64,000 nucleotides of DNA, from NCBI RefSeq assembly GCF_004010195.1, contig NC_057719.1, positions 49,313,336 to 49,377,335 of the forward strand, read 5' to 3'. Below the pieces are notes generated by a model, which did not search any database, was not told the DNA's origin, and was given only the letters and a program-made list of their open reading frames with translations. Below, one piece after another: positions 61,251 to 64,000 of the stretch. The position numbers and the translations under genes are program-made. Source of the stretch: Chiloscyllium plagiosum (Eukaryota). Each line of letters starts with the position of its first letter. Within the stretch, counting starts at the first letter, position 1.

Positions 61251-64000
61251 GCCTCCCCATCTGGTGACCTGTCCCTAATATCCATGTTTCATTCTGCCTG
61301 GCTGTCCATGCCCCGATCCCCCTACCCCACAGCAACTCCATCCGCTTTGATCTTCCACATGTTTCCTGTTTAATGAACTGCTCATCTCCCCACGTTACTC
61401 CCAAACCCAGGCCTATGTACAGTCAAGCATAGTAATGTGCTATACTTGCGGATTGGTGGGCCCATCAATTATCTCTCTCATAGTACTCATTGTCCTCCCT
61501 TACTCAATTGTCTCTCACCCTTATATGTTGACCTGCCCATTTCACAATTACTATCCCCTTTGCATCCCATCATGTTGCCTCTAATCCCCACTATTGACTT
61601 CACCAATATTTCCACATCAGTAGTGATTCCTGATAACCCAACTGAATGTCAGTTGATAGATCTTCAGGGCTGGCCATGGCCAACCCCATTTTCCGAATTG
61701 GGAAGACAGCCCTGACTGATGAGTGAATAGACCCCTGACTGATCCCTGTGCAGTTCTTTCACTGACCTGTCACTAATCCTTCGACTGATTGTACTGGACT
61801 TCCAGCATTGACTGTGGCCCACAGCCTGGACTGTAATAATATGGACCCATTGATTCAGAACATTCCAAACAGATGACTCACTGAACCAAGTCCCTGTACT
61901 GAGGTCAGACGATGTGTTTGATTTACGTGAGCTGGAGCCCTCAGAGTGAAGACACTCCTCAGTGACCTGTGTGAGGATTACTCACCTTAGGTTTTGAGAT
62001 ATAGTCACATGGTTGATGCACATGTAGTGGGTGGAGGTGTGAGATTGCTGTGGCACTGTAGCATACAGCAATATGTCCATCCCATTTTCTGATCATCGTT
62101 GCCAAGTATAGCAAACAGCCTGGCCAACATCTACACTTAATGGCATGGCAGGGCAAGGCAGGACAGACGTGTTGTAACCGTGTGAGATTTGATTGAAGTT
62201 ATCATGTTCAAAAAGGCACAGCAAAACATGACAGAGATTCTACAGGTATCCAAGGAGGTGCAAATTGAATCCATGTTTAGAGAGCAAGCTAAGAGCCCCA
62301 GGGTGCACTCTGCTCTGATGTATGTTTGTCCCTGTGTGCAAAGGGTCCAGCAGCAACATTACAATGAAAGGTGTTTGTGTGGTGCACAATGCAGCATTGT
62401 CATAAAAGACTGCTTTCTAAGTGGGTCAGACATGTGTCATGATGATTTGTTAAGGCCAGTATATGTCAATTCGATAGACAGGGACTGCAGGTAGTCACAG
62501 CCCATGGCTATTCACTGAGATGTCCAGGGTTTGCTGTTCTAGACAGAGGCCCAGATGAGTAACTGGTGAGCTGGAGGCGAAATTAAGTACTGACAAAATA
62601 GAAGTCCTTGCAAATCAGCTTCCTGCTGCTCACTCCTGAGATTCTCAACTTGCCATTCAAATCTTGGATGGATTCTTGGTTTTTCACAGCATCAAAAATT
62701 TTATTTTTCTCATTTCACCACATTTTCCCAACTGACTCGCCATTGTTCATTTTGTTCAGAAGTTGGGGAAATTCAACCCTAGTTATTTGTTTGATGCTAT
62801 TTCCTTATTCCCCACTCTCATGTCTCCTGTCTCTACCTATAAGTGACCCAGATTCATTTCGAGCAGGCTGTTATTTCTTTTCAAATACTACAGAAGCTTT
62901 ATGTATTTCCTGCTATTTAACTCTCATGTACTGTTTCCAAATCCTTGGCCATGCTTTGCAGTACTCTAAAACCGTCCCAATTGTCAGAGTCACAACTCTT
63001 TTTGGTATCATTGTAAACTTCCTGTTCTCAAATCTTACAACTGTCTTGAACTTCTCCTGTTAACCAGGATTTGGCTACTCTCCTATGGGCTTTTAGGATT
63101 AGACAGTAATCAATGATGGTGATTGCACAGCAACGTTGGAGTTGATTTTATCTTTTGAGTTGGAAAGTGACTAAGTAAATGTCCAACACAGCTGAAACCA
63201 GCAGTAGGGGAACCATCTGTTTTCAGTCAGCAATCTTCAGAATGCCACTTGTCAACATCCCAATAAAAAGGGTAAGGAAAGCTGTTGGAAGTGGTTGCCA
63301 TATTGTTGTAATAAAATGTCTTACAATGGTTCAGGAGAAGCTCACTGTTTTGTTGTGGCAACCAAAACTGGTTAATTTATACCTCTGGCTCCTATTGCCA
63401 ATAGGTGTAGATGGATATGGAGCCCCTACTGTTTCTCTGCTCAGGTTTCAGGCAAAAATAACAGTTAAACCCAATAGCTTAATCAGAAACCCATTGCATA
63501 CTTAAAAAGTCCTCGACTGGTTTTGGCGGGGTGTCCTTTAAAATTAGAAGTGTGTAGATGATGGTAGGAATGGAGTCATCAAGTGTCCACCTGGATTTCA
63601 TCAGGCAAGGAAATCAGAATTTCTTCTGCCCAATCCCAATCCACTTTTAATTCTAATTTTTCTGATGCTATGATATTTTAATTAAGAATAAAGTAGCCAA
63701 AGAATTGGTTCATAATGAAGTAAATAACCTTTACTAAACTAGGCCTGTTATTATTTAGCTTTTGATGGTTAATATATTTTTAAATGTAGTGTCTTTAGCT
63801 AATGATTCTCGAGTTTAAGGTGGCATGTTATTTTACTGTCAGAAGGAACTGATTGCATATTCAGCTGCAGATGTTCTGTGGTTGTAATAAGGAGTGAGCT
63901 GGCTCCGATATTAAAGGAAGATACGTTTAACATAAAAGAGCTGTTGCAGTTGAAGGATTGGATAATTGGCCCCATGGCATTTCTCTGCAGAGAAACGTTT

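Noticed and set aside
62608..63505. ORFs of 151 and 108 aa near the window end
   Set aside because: No domain features; part appears to be antisense to a decayed CR1 fragment.

Overview
Repeat-rich eukaryotic genomic DNA, almost certainly from an elasmobranch (shark), judged from the HE1-type SINEs and HER1/CR1-type LINEs. No intact protein-coding gene is visible; the long ORFs in the track are transposon relics or their antisense frames. The window holds several CR1 LINEs (one near full length at about 53.6-58.0 kb, one nested pair at 9.7-13.7 kb), four HE1 SINEs, DeuSINE-like relics, Harbinger fossils, two Ty3/Gypsy gag relics (one Gmr1/SCAN-type) and an RTE-like relic. The most striking system is about 10 Penelope-like (PLE) inserts carrying minimal hammerhead ribozyme motifs. 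Most are short fold-back palindromes; five have 13-15 bp target-site duplications (TSDs), and some have a hammerhead on each strand. The repeat-poor blocks (about 26-33 kb and 35.6-44 kb) contain splice-signal-defined candidate microexons (18 nt on +, 4 nt CACT on -) and a candidate terminal exon from host gene(s) I cannot name. All calls were made by eye, family assignments are from recall with no database search, and the boundaries of old elements are approximate.
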